Source of the DNA: Malacoraja senta
Lineage: Eukaryota
NCBI GenBank assembly: GCA_038087875.1
Contig: CM075981.1
Span: 20,336,001-20,400,000 of the forward strand
Direction of reading: 5' to 3'
DNA: 64,000 nt
Shown: one piece after another, positions 1 to 12,433 of the stretch
How the letters are laid out: the number at the start of each line of letters is the position of its first letter
Position numbering within the stretch: position 1 is the stretch's first letter
Notes under the pieces: model-generated
The model's input: only the letters and a program-made list of their open reading frames with translations
Database searches by the model: none
What the model was told of the DNA's origin: nothing
Made by a program: the position numbers and the translations under genes

Positions 1-297
1 CCCGAGATGGAAATATCAAATACTAGAGGGCATAGTTTTAAGGTGAGAGGGGCAAAGTTTAAAGGAGATGTGTGGGGCAGGTTTTTTTTTTGCACAGTTG
101 TGGTCAGTGCCTGGAACATGCTGCCAGGGTTGGTGGTGGAGCAGATATGATAGTGGCATTTAAGAGGCTTTTAGATAGGCAGGAAATGAAGGGATATGGA
201 TCACGGGTAAGCAGAGATATGTTTAACTTGGCAACATGTTTAGCATGGACATTGTGGGCCAAAGTGCCTGTTCCTTGCTGGACTAGTCTATGTTCTT
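1..297 (+). mobile_element. CR1-like LINE 3' fragment
   Basis: Degenerate TRGH.FKVRG / WN.LP.VVVEA coding remnant with 3' tail. Confidence 0.75.
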
Positions 298-396
298 TGA
301 AGAGTTGCAGAATGGTGGTGATAAATGTGGAGAAACAAATCTAATCTTTAATCCAAAGGGGACAAGAAATGGTAATTCCTGATAGGGTTTATTTGA

Positions 397-606
397 TAGA
401 CACAAAATGCTGGAGTAACTCAACGGAAAGGCAGCATCTCTAGAGAGATGGAATGGGTGACACTTTGGGTCGAGACCCTTCTTCAGTCTGAAGTTACCCC
501 TTCATCACCCATTCCTTTTCTCCAGAGATGCTGCCTGTCCCGTTGAGTTACTCCTGCATTTTGTGTCTATCTGTGGTGTAAACCAGCATCTGCAGTTCCT
601 TCCTAC
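397..606. mobile_element. Penelope-derived hairpin element
   Basis: Inverted arms gacacaaaatgctggagtaactca / tgagttactcctgcattttgtgtc. 13-bp TSD agg(g/a)tttatttga (384-396 and 607-619). Confidence 0.85.
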
Positions 607-2025
607 AGGATTTATTTGAGTCTTGGTTTTGATTGAGATCCCAGATGACAGCCGTTTGCCTTCGTAACCCTAACATTTGTTTGTGCTGCAAACTCGGGTC
701 ATCTCGCTAATAGTTACCAGGACTTCACCCAGTTGATACCCGTACCATTAAATGCACCTGAAGGCCCATCTCTGGAAAGCCTGCTCGAAAAAACAATTTA
801 AACCCATTTTTCCAGTGGTAGTCTTGGAGGCTGAGTTAATGAATTGACAGCAATTTTCCATCCCAGATTCAGAAACAATTATATGCAACAGAAAAATAAT
901 ATGTAGTCAGTCAAGTGAATATTCGTGACAAGTCATCTACAGTATTTTTAAAATGTACATGGTAATTAAATAAAGCCATTGAAAATAAGTCCAAATGAAT
1001 ACATATCTATGGTTTACTAAACACAAAGTGCTGGAGTAACTCAGTGGGTCAGGCAGCATCTATGCTGTTATGGGTCGGAAGAGTCTGAAGAAGGTCCTAA
1101 CCTGAAACATCACCATCCTTTTCTCCAGAGATACTGCCTGACCCGCTAATTTACTCCAGCACTTTGTGTCTATCTTCAGTATATACCAGCATCTGCATCC
1201 CTTTCTACATGGGTTCCTCCAGCACTTTTGTGTTTTGCTCAAGATTCCAGCACCTGCAGTTCCTTCTCTGCATGCTCATGGCTTGTCCAGCTGAGTTTAA
1301 GCTGTGCCAGTGATCCTGATGGGAAGTAAGTTTTATATGGAGAGCTGCTGGGGAAATTAATTAAAAGTTTCGGAGTGCTGTAACCTCCCAGGTTTGGTTT
1401 CAGTAGTCATGCTATCTTTTGTAATGTTTGAAAGAGAGAAATTAAAATACTTTCGCAGAGAAGAAGTCTTTGCAATACTTCAAACATCGAAAAGCACAGC
1501 ACCAGAACATGTCCTTGCCAAATCTGATGCCGACCAATTCTCATCTACCTGCACACAATCCATCTCCATTCCCTGTATATCCACGTTGCTATTCAAAAGC
1601 ATCTTGAATGTCACTATCGTATCTGCCTCCACCATCACCCCCCGCAGCACGTTCCAGATACTCACCATCCTCTGCGTAAAAAAAAACTTTCACCGCACAT
1701 CTCCTTTAAACTTTGGCCCTCACACCTTAAAGCTGTGGCCTCTCATATTTGATTTTCCATGCTGGGAAACATGTTCTGACTGTCAACCTTATCTATGTCT
1801 CGCATAATTTTAGATACCCGAGGAAATAGAAAAGGTGACTTCAGAGTATTGTTTTAACTTAAGATGGTTCACTTTCAGACCAGAAAATACTCAATTTTGA
1901 ATGGTCAATACAAAGGTTTTCCAGCAACGGGCAGTGCAGAGGCACAGTTGGTAGAGCAGCTATCCCACAGCACTAGAGACCTGGTTTTGATCCTGACTTT
2001 GGGTGCTGTCTGTGTGGAGTTTGCA

Positions 2026-2810
2026 GAAACAGGAAAGCAGACTATTATCTAAATGGTGGCCGACTAGGAAAAGGGGAGATGCAGCGAGACCTGGGTGTCA
2101 TGGTACACCAGTCATTGAAAGTAGGCATGCAGGTGCAGCAGGCAGTGAAGAAAGCGAATGGTATGTTAGCTTTCATAGCAAAAGGATTTGAGTATAGGAG
2201 CAGGGAGGTTCTACTGCAGTTGTACAGGGTCTTGGTGAGACCACACCTGGAGTATTGCGTACAGTTTTGGTCTCCAAATCTGAGGAAGGACATTATTGCA
2301 TAGAGGGAGTGCAGAGAAGGTTCACCAGACTGATTCCTGGGATGTCAGGACTGTCTTATGAAGAAAGACTGGATAGACTTGGTTTATACTCTCTAGAATT
2401 TAGGAGATTGAGAGGGGATCTTATAGAAACTTACAAAATTCTTAAGGGGTTGGACATGCTAGATGCAGGAAGATTGCTCCCGATGTTGGGGAAGTCCAGG
2501 ACAAGGGTCACAGCTTAAGGATAAGGGGGAAATCCTTTAAGACCGAGATGAGAAGAACTTTTTTCACACAGAGAGTGGTGAATCTCTGGAACTCTCTGCC
2601 ACAGAGGGTAGTTGAGGCCAGTTCATTGGCTATATTTAAGAGCAAGTTAGATGTGGCCCTTGTGGCTAAAGGGATTAGAGGGTATGGAGAGAAGGCAGGT
2701 ACGGGATACTGAGTTGGATGATCAGCCATGATCATATTGAATGGCGGTGCAGGCTCGAAGGGCCGAATGGCCTACTCCTGCACCTAATTTCTATGTTTCT
2801 ATGTTTCTAT
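2026..2810 (+). mobile_element. CR1 3' fragment (same subfamily as 28211-30466) inserted into a V-SINE
   Basis: [13 protein letters not shown]... coding remnant and (TTCTATGT)n tail. The SINE halves lie at 1930-2025 and 2811-3031. Confidence 0.9.
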
Positions 2811-3589
2811 TCCCCTTGTGACCTTATGATTTCCTTCGGGTGCTCTAGTTTCCTCCCACATCCCAAAGACATACAGGTTTGAAGGTTAATTGGCCTCTGC
2901 AAATTCCCCCCAGTGTGTAGGGAGTGGATGAGAAAGTGGGGTCACAGAACTAGTGTGAGCAGGTGGTCGATGGTCGGCATGGACTTGGTGGGCTGAAGGG
3001 CCCGTTTCCATGCTGTATCTTTCAATCAATATTTCACTTCATTTAAATTCTTCTATTATCTTTAATTTACTTTCTCTATTCCCAGTTGATTTTAATGTTG
3101 CAAATTGTTCTTTTTAATCTAATTTCCTCTTTGTCTCTCTGTGGTTAGTAATTTATTATTTTTTTGTTTATTGCATATTATCCATTGTGTATGCAGGGCT
3201 GTAAACTGATTGAAGTAAAAATGTCATTGTTCCCTTGTGATGTGAAGGAAGGTGCTGTCAGCTGCTTTCCATATCACTCCTTAAGTTGGTGTTCTGCTAA
3301 AGCAGCCCAAGATGACCAGGCTTTTAGTTATTCCAGACCCTGGAAAAAAAGAGCCTCGACTTTAACCCAGAGTTTTTGACCCAGAAGCAGCAGGAAAATG
3401 ACTTCATAGGTCTGGCATTTTGTCCTTAGATCATAAGTGCAATATTAAGTAAAAGTCCATTAATTAGTACACTCGGACGCTGCCCAAATCAGACTACTGG
3501 ATGTTATTCATATTAACACTATGACTCACTTTTAATTAAGCTTTTTGAAGAAATTACTTTGTGGAATATTACTCAATAGAACAGAGGAC

Positions 3590-4100
3590 ATATTTTAAGG
3601 TGAGGGGCAGAGTATTTGGAGTATTGTGTTCTGTTTTGGTCACCATGTTACAGGAAGGATGACATTATGCTGGAAAGATTGCAGAGAAGATTTACGAGGA
3701 TGTCGCCAGGACAAGGATCTGAGCTATTGGGAGAAGTTGGACAGGCTAGGACTTTATTCCTTGGAGCACAGGAGGCTGTGTGAACTTATTGAGGCATATA
3801 AAATCATGAGGGGAATAGTTAGGGTAAATGCACAATCAAGAATCAGAGGACTTAGGTTTAATGTGAGAGGGGCAAGGGGTGACTTTTTTTACACAAAAGG
3901 TGGTGGGTATATGGAACGAGCAGCCGGAGGAGGTAGCTGAGGCATGTACATTTCAGAAACCTTTCGACAGGTACACGGTTAGGACAGGTTTGGAGGGATA
4001 TGGGCCAAACGCAGGCAGGTGGGACTAATGTAGATAGGGCCTGTTGGTCGGTGTGGGCAGCTTGGGCTGAAGGGCCTGTTTCCATGCTGTGTGACTCTAT
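3590..4100 (+). mobile_element. CR1-like LINE 3' fragment
   Basis: LEYCV.FWSP and [10 protein letters not shown] remnants; gggcctgtttccatgctg tail. Confidence 0.8.
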
Positions 4101-4589
4101 TACATTAAATTCCCCAATAAAGATTCTTGTGACCAGGGCCCCAGTGAGATTGAAATAAACACATTTTTGTTTCAGGCCACCAGTGAGGTTCCACTGAGTT
4201 TGGCGATGGAGCCCCAGTCAGTTAAGAGAGAAATTGGGGGGGGGGGGGGGGGGGGGGAAGACACAAAGTGCTGGAATAGCTGAACGGGCCAGGCAGCATC
4301 TGGAGAACATGGACAGGGTTAGATTACAGGTCGAGAACCTTCTCAAAAACCATTTGTGAGACAGCTGCTAAATCACTGGGAGTTCCAAATAATAGAACAG
4401 CATTTACACATTTTCCCAATTAAATATATTTATAATTCCCAAAATATTTAATTCATAAAATTTACGATTTATTTACACAAAAACGTTACTGATCAGTTGA
4501 TTTTTCTAATTGAAAGTCAAGTCTGGCTTAAAAGATATTAAACAGCTGGTGTCTATCATCCACTCTTTATTAGTTATTATGTGCATGTT

Positions 4590-4889
4590 AAAAAGTTCTA
4601 ATGAATTAATGCGCGCCGTTGTTGGACAGATGGCAAAACCGCTGGGTATCGCTGGGTATAAGGTGACGGCGCTCGCCTGTGCCAAAACCACTCCTTTCTT
4701 GCCTGTTCGGTAGAGACTGATTGGCAGTGGGATTTCCACACCCACTGTCATTTTCAGGACTATCTCAGCAGTCAGTGGACTGGAATGAATTGAGTCGGTG
4801 CAGAGAGAGCACCGGCCAGCATCGCAGTAATGTTGTAGAGTGGGACGATAGTGTGGACACTTCTAATCGGGGAGAGGTAGTGCCAAAGT
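4590..4889 (+). promoter_or_regulatory. Possible proximal promoter or 5'UTR of the semaphorin gene
   Basis: Repeat-free, locally CpG-containing stretch (gcgcgcc, ggcgctcgc) with TATA-like gggtataagg at ~4654 and reverse CCAAT (attgg, 4720). An acceptor-like ttttcag| at 4757 could instead indicate an upstream non-coding exon. Confidence 0.3.
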
Positions 4890-5004
4890 ATGCTCCCTCC
4901 ACCGCGGATCACTGCTATGTGCCTCTGCCTTGTATTCCTCTTTCGGATACCAATGAATGAAGCTTGGAAACAAAGCAAACCTCGCCTAAAGTTCTCGTAC
5001 AAAG
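4890..5004 (+). CDS. sema3d-like: Class-3 semaphorin (SEMA3D-like), coding exon 1: signal peptide and N-terminus
   Basis: ATG at 4890 (A at -3; a second in-frame ATG at 4917). Translates MLPPPRITAMCLCLVFLFRIPMNEAWKQSKPRLKFSYK: hydrophobic signal followed by the SEMA3 'PRLK.SYK' motif. Ends aaag|gtaaaa, phase 1, matching exon 2. Confidence 0.9.
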
Positions 5005-6314
5005 GTAAAACTTTTCCGTGTGTCACTTGTTTTCTCACATCTCGTGTAACCACCCCAAAAGCATTGTCAACCCTGTAACTAAACTAAAAACACAGGGAGA
5101 CATGCAAGACTTTGTGTTTCTGAGCTGTAACAGGACGAAGTAGTTATTCTGACACAATACAAGATGCAGATGGTTATCATGTCAGCTGAAATCTTTCTGA
5201 TTTGTCATTTGAGCGAGTATACTCTGTAAAGCTGAGGGATTATCGAAGGTTGGGTGTAAATTGTCCCTGGGGATGCCAAATAATGATTTTGTGACCGCAT
5301 CGAGAAAAATATGACAAATTCACAAAAAAAGGAAAATGGTTTAACTGAACACAGTCTGACTTAATGGCTTAACTTAACACTTCCAGGAGAGAGGGGATTG
5401 TAAGTTTTCTGCTTGCCTTTTGCGGCTTGGATATCAAATTTGCATCAAGAATTCCTGAGGCATTTGAAATGTTGATCAATGTACCCCCCCCCCCCCCCCC
5501 CACATCAAAACATTGCAGTATTGGAGATTGGGCAGATGGTTTGTGAAGGGAACGGGCGATAAATGAGGAGGGATACGGAGAATTGTCGAGGGGATAAAGA
5601 GAACTATTTCATCAGTGAAGGCCAATGCATGACAGAGGTGAACTGCCCGAGGTAATTGTAATAAAAGGCAATGGGTTGTCTTAAATCAGCAGAAATGGTG
5701 TGAATTTCTACTCGAGGTTAATTTCAACTCTTCTTTCCTCGCCTCGTCCTCGGCTCCCGCTGAAAGTGATCAGTTTAAATCACATTTATGGCCTAACTAA
5801 ATTGAGAAACGACCCAACGACCCGCTGACAGCAGCGGGTCAGAAGGTGGGAAGGCATTGTGCTTTTTTAAAACCGTGAAGCAATGTGTCAGATCTCCACA
5901 CGGCTCCACTTCTACACGTCGTGACATGTGACACTTCATTATATGAACCCCGCCTCGCGTGTTAATTGGAAAGAAAAGCAAATTATAACACGATCTAACA
6001 TTTAGTCTAGAGTGCAGAATACAAACTTCAACTCCAAATCAGATTTTCAGTTTGTTTCTTAGGAATGGTGGTCACTAACGTACAAAGTACTTGGTTTCAC
6101 CTGACAGGCTAAATTCTATAGCTTGTCTTTTAACAAAAGTGCAACGCAAATTGTTCGGAGTCCCAAATGCGAACGCCAATTTAATGAGGTTTGCAGGGCG
6201 GAGGATCAGGACTGAACGAACTGGAGGAGGTGAAGTGGAACTGTCACAAAACGGCCAGGATTAGCACAGCTTTCGCCTTTTATAATAAGCAGTCTCTCTT
6301 CTGTACATTCCCTC

Positions 6315-6920
6315 NNNNNNNNNNNNNNNNNNNNNNNNNNNNNNNNNNNNNNNNNNNNNNNNNNNNNNNNNNNNNNNNNNNNNNNNNNNNNNNNNNNNNN
6401 NNNNNNNNNNNNNNNNNNNNNNNNNNNNNNNNNNNNNNNNNNNNNNNNNNNNNNNNNNNNNNNNNNNNNNNNNNNNNNNNNNNNNNNNNNNNNNNNNNNN
6501 NNNNNNNNNNNNNNNNNNNNNNNNNNNNNNNNNNNNNNNNNNNNNNNNNNNNNNNNNNNNNNNNNNNNNNNNNNNNNNNNNNNNNNNNNNNNNNNNNNNN
6601 NNNNNNNNNNNNNNNNNNNNNNNNNNNNNNNNNNNNNNNNNNNNNNNNNNNNNNNNNNNNNNNNNNNNNNNNNNNNNNNNNNNNNNNNNNNNNNNNNNNN
6701 NNNNNNNNNNNNNNNNNNNNNNNNNNNNNNNNNNNNNNNNNNNNNNNNNNNNNNNNNNNNNNNNNNNNNNNNNNNNNNNNNNNNNNNNNNNNNNNNNNNN
6801 NNNNNNNNNNNNNNNNNNNNNNNNNNNNNNNNNNNNNNNNNNNNNNNNNNNNNNNNNNNNNNNNNNNNNNNNNNNNNNNNNNNNNNNNNNNNNNNNNNNN
6901 NNNNNNNNNNNNNNNNNNNN
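6315..6920. other. Assembly gap (606 N)
   Basis: Run of N. Confidence 1.
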
Positions 6921-7026
6921 GCATGCACACAGACACATGTGTACATGTGGTCACAAACACATGCTCACACGAACACATCCTTGCCACACAAACACATGCG
7001 TGCACATGCACACATTCACACACAAG

Positions 7027-7241
7027 NNNNNNNNNNNNNNNNNNNNNNNNNNNNNNNNNNNNNNNNNNNNNNNNNNNNNNNNNNNNNNNNNNNNNNNNNN
7101 NNNNNNNNNNNNNNNNNNNNNNNNNNNNNNNNNNNNNNNNNNNNNNNNNNNNNNNNNNNNNNNNNNNNNNNNNNNNNNNNNNNNNNNNNNNNNNNNNNNN
7201 NNNNNNNNNNNNNNNNNNNNNNNNNNNNNNNNNNNNNNNNN
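7027..7241. other. Assembly gap (215 N)
   Basis: Run of N. CA-rich low-complexity sequence (6921-7026) lies between the two gaps. Confidence 1.
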
Positions 7242-7319
7242 GTAATCTCTAATCCACCACCATGACTGGGTATTGTCAGTACTGAGTTTACTGCAGTGAC
7301 CTTCAACTCAACAACAGAA

Positions 7320-7740
7320 TCATAAGATCATAAGTGATAGGAGCAGAATTAGGCCATTTGGCCCATCGTCTACTCTGCCATTCAATCATGGCTGATTTAT
7401 CTCTCCCTCCGAACCCTTCTCCTGTCTTCTGCATATAACCTCTGACACCTGTACTAATCAAGAATCTATCTATCTCTGCCTTAAATATATTCACTGGCTT
7501 GGCCTCCACAGCCCTGTTGCATAAATCCATAGATTCACCAACCTCTGACTAAAGAAATTTCTCCTCATCTCCTTCCGAAAAGAACATCCTTTAATTCTGA
7601 GGTTATGACCTCTAGTCCTAGACTCTCCCACTAGTGAAAACATCCTCTCCACATCCACTCTATCCAAGCCTTTCACTATTCTGTGTGTTTCAATGAGGTC
7701 CCCCTCATTCTTCTAAACTCCAGCGAGTACAGGCGAGTGC
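7320..7740 (-). mobile_element. CR1 3' fragment
   Basis: MKGLDRVDVERMF..GESRTRGH..FFSQRLVNLW on the minus strand. Confidence 0.85.
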
Positions 7741-8419
7741 CGTGAAACGGTCGGCAGTAATCCTGATGTGGCAACACTTGAATTGAATTGAATATATTTT
7801 ATTAGCCAAGTATGTACACATACACGGAATTTGCCTTGGCGCTTTGCTCGCAAGTAACAACATGACATACAGTAAAACATTATAATTTAAACATGTGGAG
7901 AATGAAATAAATAGCAGAGTAAATGGAGGCTGCAGACTTTTGGCTGTTGAGTAGAGCTACTGCTTGTGGGAAAAAAACTGTTTTAATGTCTGGCTGTGGC
8001 GGCTTGACAGTCCGGAGTCGCCTTCCAGGGGGAAGTGCTTCAAAGAGTTTGTGGCCGGGGCGAGAGGGGTCAGAGATGATCTTACCCGATCGTTTCCTGG
8101 CCCTTGCAGTGTACACTTGCTGCAGCTACAGGCACCACAGCTCTCTCACACTTTGTCTGAGTGTGGCACAAGACAGGCTTGGCTGTTCAATAAACCGCGA
8201 TACATTTGCATGTGACGTTTCAAATTCCTCACTTTAGGAGATGATCTTTAAAGCTCAATACCTTTTACGGACTTAACACAATGGCTGGAGTTGCTGAGAT
8301 TAATCACAGTTAAACAGAATTTTCTCCATCTACATGCTCTCCAGGGTGAGGCAATTGACGTATCAGCCAGATATGAGACATTTGACATCTGATATTGGTC
8401 TGAGGTAAGGAGCTATGTG

Positions 8420-8925
8420 TGAATTTTAAGTATTGGGTGGTTGGTGCTGACAGAACAGGAGGCAACGTGACCCCTCGGCCACAAGGAAAGCCAAATTACT
8501 CCGAGTTTATGCCATTGACTGGGACACACATCTGCATACATCGGGCAGATGGGGCCCATCAGCCTGGGAAGGCAGTCCATCTAGGAGAGGGAAAACTCTG
8601 ATTTAAAGCCTCAACTGCCTTGAGGCCATATCCAGTCATGGAAAAGGCTCCAGGAGTAAACCTCAAGAAAATCCGGAGTCGGAGCCCCTAAGGCAGTTCG
8701 TCGTTGTCTACTACCTCGCTCTGGCAGCTTCTGCGACGGCGGTGGTGCCAAACTGTAACGGTCCTGCTGTTCCTTTGGATCGATCAGCGACGTGGAGTGG
8801 GGGGACGTGCTGCATGGGCAACAGCCTCTCCTCCACTTGACATCGCCCAGGCTTGCATCCGACCAGGATGCATCACCCTACATTGGTCAGTCATGACCGA
8901 GGGGGGGGGGGGGGCTACTACATCT
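8420..8925 (+). mobile_element. Probable RTE-derived non-autonomous element
   Basis: gggaaggcagtccatctaggagagggaaaactctgatttaaa resembles RTE-clade 5' regions (recalled). Ends with a short ctacta tail. Confidence 0.45.
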
Positions 8926-11089
8926 GCAACATAGACGGCAATAATATTACGTTTAGTTTAATTTAGAGATACAGCATGAAACAGGCCCTTCGGCCCACCG
9001 AGTCTGCGCCGTCCATCGATCACCCGTTCACGCTAGTTCCGTTATCCCACTTTTTCGTCCACTCCCTGCAAACCAGAGACAATTTACAGTGGCCAATTAA
9101 CCTGCAAACCCGCACATCTTTGGAAAGTGGCCGGAGCATCCGGATCATAGGAAGAACGTGCAAACTCCACACACACAGAACCAGAGGTCAGGATCGAACC
9201 CTGGTCTCTGGCGCTGTGAGGCAGCAACTCTACCAGCTGTGCCGCCCAGAATTATGTATTAGGTTAAAGAAAGCAGTGATTCTGCTTCTGAGTGCTTATC
9301 GATCTGCTCCTGAAGATGAGCGGGTTAAAGTCAGTCCCATCAAACGCGCACATCTGTAACACAGCGGTGACAGCGTCTTGATGGGACTGAGAATGAAATC
9401 AATTCACAGCGCCACAAAGTATGTTACCATTCATAATGTTCCCAAAATAAGTTGGACATGAAACCCTGGAAGGTCTTGTGATTCTTATTTACAGACACAA
9501 CGAGTACGATGTTGTTGCAGGAATCATTCATTCATTTCTCTTCTGTGGCATTTGGAATTCTGTTAGCTGAAAGGATCACGTTAATTGTAGGAAAGCGGTC
9601 AGCGATCATCTGGTGACACGACTGCCTTGAGTTTGCAGCTCATCATAATCTGCCTTTGTCTTTCTCTCATCAAACTTCACGGCTACTTTTAACGGTTATC
9701 CAGGAAAGAACTCATTACCACACAAACCTTCGACCTACCTTGGCCCGGTTGTTAATTAATCGGCGATTTATTGCAAGGCACCGCCATACATATCACACGG
9801 ACCAGACTCCCCACCACTGACTCCATCTACACTTCACGCTGCCTCAGAAAAGCAGCCAACATAATCAAAGACTTGTCCCATCCGGATCTTGCCCCATCCG
9901 GATCTTGCCCCATTCCTCCTTCTCCCCGCTCCTGTCCCGCAGAAGGTACAGAAGCTTGAAAGCGCACAGCACCAGACAGAAACAACTTCTTCCCCCTGTT
10001 ATCAGGCTTCTGCACGGTCCTTCCAGAGCTAGGGTGCTGTCCGATTCACCTCTGTCCCATTGCGGACATTGGACTTTGTCTATGCAGCACTCTGTAACTT
10101 CCCCTTTAATCTATTTATCGTATTTTAGTTTATATTGACTGTATTCATGTTTTGTATTATCTGATCTGTTTGGATAGTATGCAGAACAGTGTGCCTCGAT
10201 CCACTGACAATAATAAACTTAACCCTAAACCTAACAGTTTGTTATGCAATAGTCAGGAAATAAAATGTATCATTCTTATTCTGGTGTTTAGTTTGATACA
10301 GTTTGCCCTGAAAACAATCGTAAAGCTGTGAGTAATATGTGGTGGCATTATCTAAATCCACCAATTGTTCTATATCTCCTGTGACTTGCATAATGGCTCG
10401 AAGGATCTTACTGTATTGCACAAGAGATTAACGGAAAACGTTACAGCTGTTTGAAACTCTCATGCAGAGTAATCCCGGGGGAGCCACACATCTGCTCTCC
10501 GTGATCACTCTTGGCACGATCTCTGCACAGACACGTACAGCAGAGGGGGAATAAAATGTTGAGGCCTGGTTCAGTCACAAGGGAATTTTTACCTGGTGTT
10601 TCGGACAGCAAAGAAAATATATGGATTAAAAAAAAATCTAAGCTTTCAACAGGTCAAGGGAACAAATGTGGCAAAGGAAAACAGACACAGAATACTGGAG
10701 TAACTCAGCGGTTCAGGCAACATTTCTGGAGAAAATGGATAGGTGGCATTTTGTGTCGAGACCCTTCTTCAGACTGAGAGTCAGGAGAGAGTTTGAAAAG
10801 GTACAAAGAACAAATGAATGAAAGGTATGAAAAGAACACATCAAAGCCAGCAACGATCATCAAGGAAAGGTGGAGCCCACAATGTTCCATTGTTGGCTAT
10901 GGAAAAGGTGATAATGAATGGATACGAAGTGAAACTAAGCAGAATGACGGTGAAGCCAGTAATATGACTAGGGTGGGAAAGGAAGGCAGAGAATGAGTTA
11001 ACATCTCACATCAAGGACTACTCAGAAGAACAGGAAGATGTTTGAAGTGAATGGATTTTAATTGTGGAAGTCATTCTTGTCATTGGAAA

Positions 11090-11152
11090 TCACAACACAA
11101 CACGACTCAACACAACACAACACAACACAACCCAACACAACACAACCCAACA
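11090..11152 (+). repeat. (CACAA)n pentanucleotide microsatellite
   Basis: About 12 imperfect units. Confidence 0.9.
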
Positions 11153-11401
11153 CGTATCAAGGTAAAGGAGGAGCAGAAGTATGGCAGACACAGTTACATC
11201 ATTCTCCATATAAAATACTTCAATAACATTTCACTGTACATGCAAGTCCGAGATGCCGGCCTTGCAGAAAGTACTGTAATCATTTATTTTACCACTCACC
11301 CTGGCATCACTGATGTTCTCATGGTGCAGTGAGAACTCTTTAGAGAACCTTGAAGAACTGACAATTCTTCCGGTTTTGAAAGGCGAGTGACATGAATTGT
11401 T

Positions 11402-11621
11402 GGATACAAGGATCTGCAGACGCTGGCTTATAAAAAAAAGACACAAAGTGCTGGAGTAATGCATCAGGTCAGACAGTATCCCTGGAGGACATGGATAGGT
11501 AGAGTTTCAGATCAGGACCCACCTTGAGAAGAGGGGTCCTGACCAGAAACGTTGCCTCTCCATGTTCTCCAGGGATGCTAGCTGACCTGCTGAATTACTC
11601 CAGCACTTTGTCTTTTTTTAT
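11402..11621. mobile_element. Penelope-derived hairpin element
   Basis: Inverted arms. 10-bp TSD atgaattgtt (11392-11401 and 11622-11631). Confidence 0.8.
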
Positions 11622-12433
11622 ATGAATTGTTAACTACTTTTCTCTCTCCAGAGATGCAGATGGACAATTTGAAAGCTTTCCAACATTTCTGACTCTTGTG
11701 TAATATTGTCAGCAATATTTTATTGACCATGTGTGTCTTTGTGTGATCATCATTGATAAACCCAGCCGTGGATCATAGCAGTTTTGCAAATGTTCTTTAT
11801 GTTGAAGTAACACGCAACCTCACCACATCCCAGCCCTTCACTCCTGTCTCTGCTCACGTCTCTGCTCTGTGAGGGGTCATGTTTCAACAGTCTGAGAACC
11901 AATGGATCACAAAGGCAGAAAGTGTCTCTCTGGTTAACACACAACAAAAGCTATTCACGGTACCCTGGTACACGTGACAATAAACTAAAACTAAAAACTA
12001 AAACTAAATGGCTTAAAAAAAGACTCTGTGATCTGTTCATTTCAGTGGACATGACTGAAAATATATTTAGCACAGTTTGAATGTGAATTTACGCCCACTT
12101 TTCAGTTTGAGTCATTCTGGTAATTTAGCGTGTACTTGAGTTTGAAGAAGAGTCCCGAGCAAAAAAGTCACCTATCTGTTCCCTCCCCAAAAGCTGCCTG
12201 ACCTGCTGATTCCTCCAGCACCCTGTGATTTAAACTTCATGTGTGTTTTGTTTGAGCTGTCTACAAGGGCCATTTAAAAATTAAATATTTTTAGTTTTTC
12301 GTTTAGTTTAGTTTGGAGATACAGCACGGAAACAGTGATCAGTGACCAGTGGTCCCCACACATTAACACTATCCTACATATGTACACTAGGGATAATTTA
12401 CATTTATACCAAGCCAATTAGCCTACAAACCAA

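Noticed and set aside
4236-4257. Poly-G/poly-C runs (also ~5484-5501, 8900-8914, 50537-50551) as functional G-quadruplexes
   Set aside because: Homopolymer lengths are unreliable in assemblies, most lie in or beside repeats, and nothing supports function.
6191-7306. Long ORFs (225-353 aa) in the ORF track
   Set aside because: They are artefacts of reading through N gaps and CA-rich low-complexity sequence.
8976-9359. Recurrent short ORFs starting METGPSA / KQALRPTES / PINLQT
   Set aside because: These are translations of V-SINE and CR1 tails, not genes.
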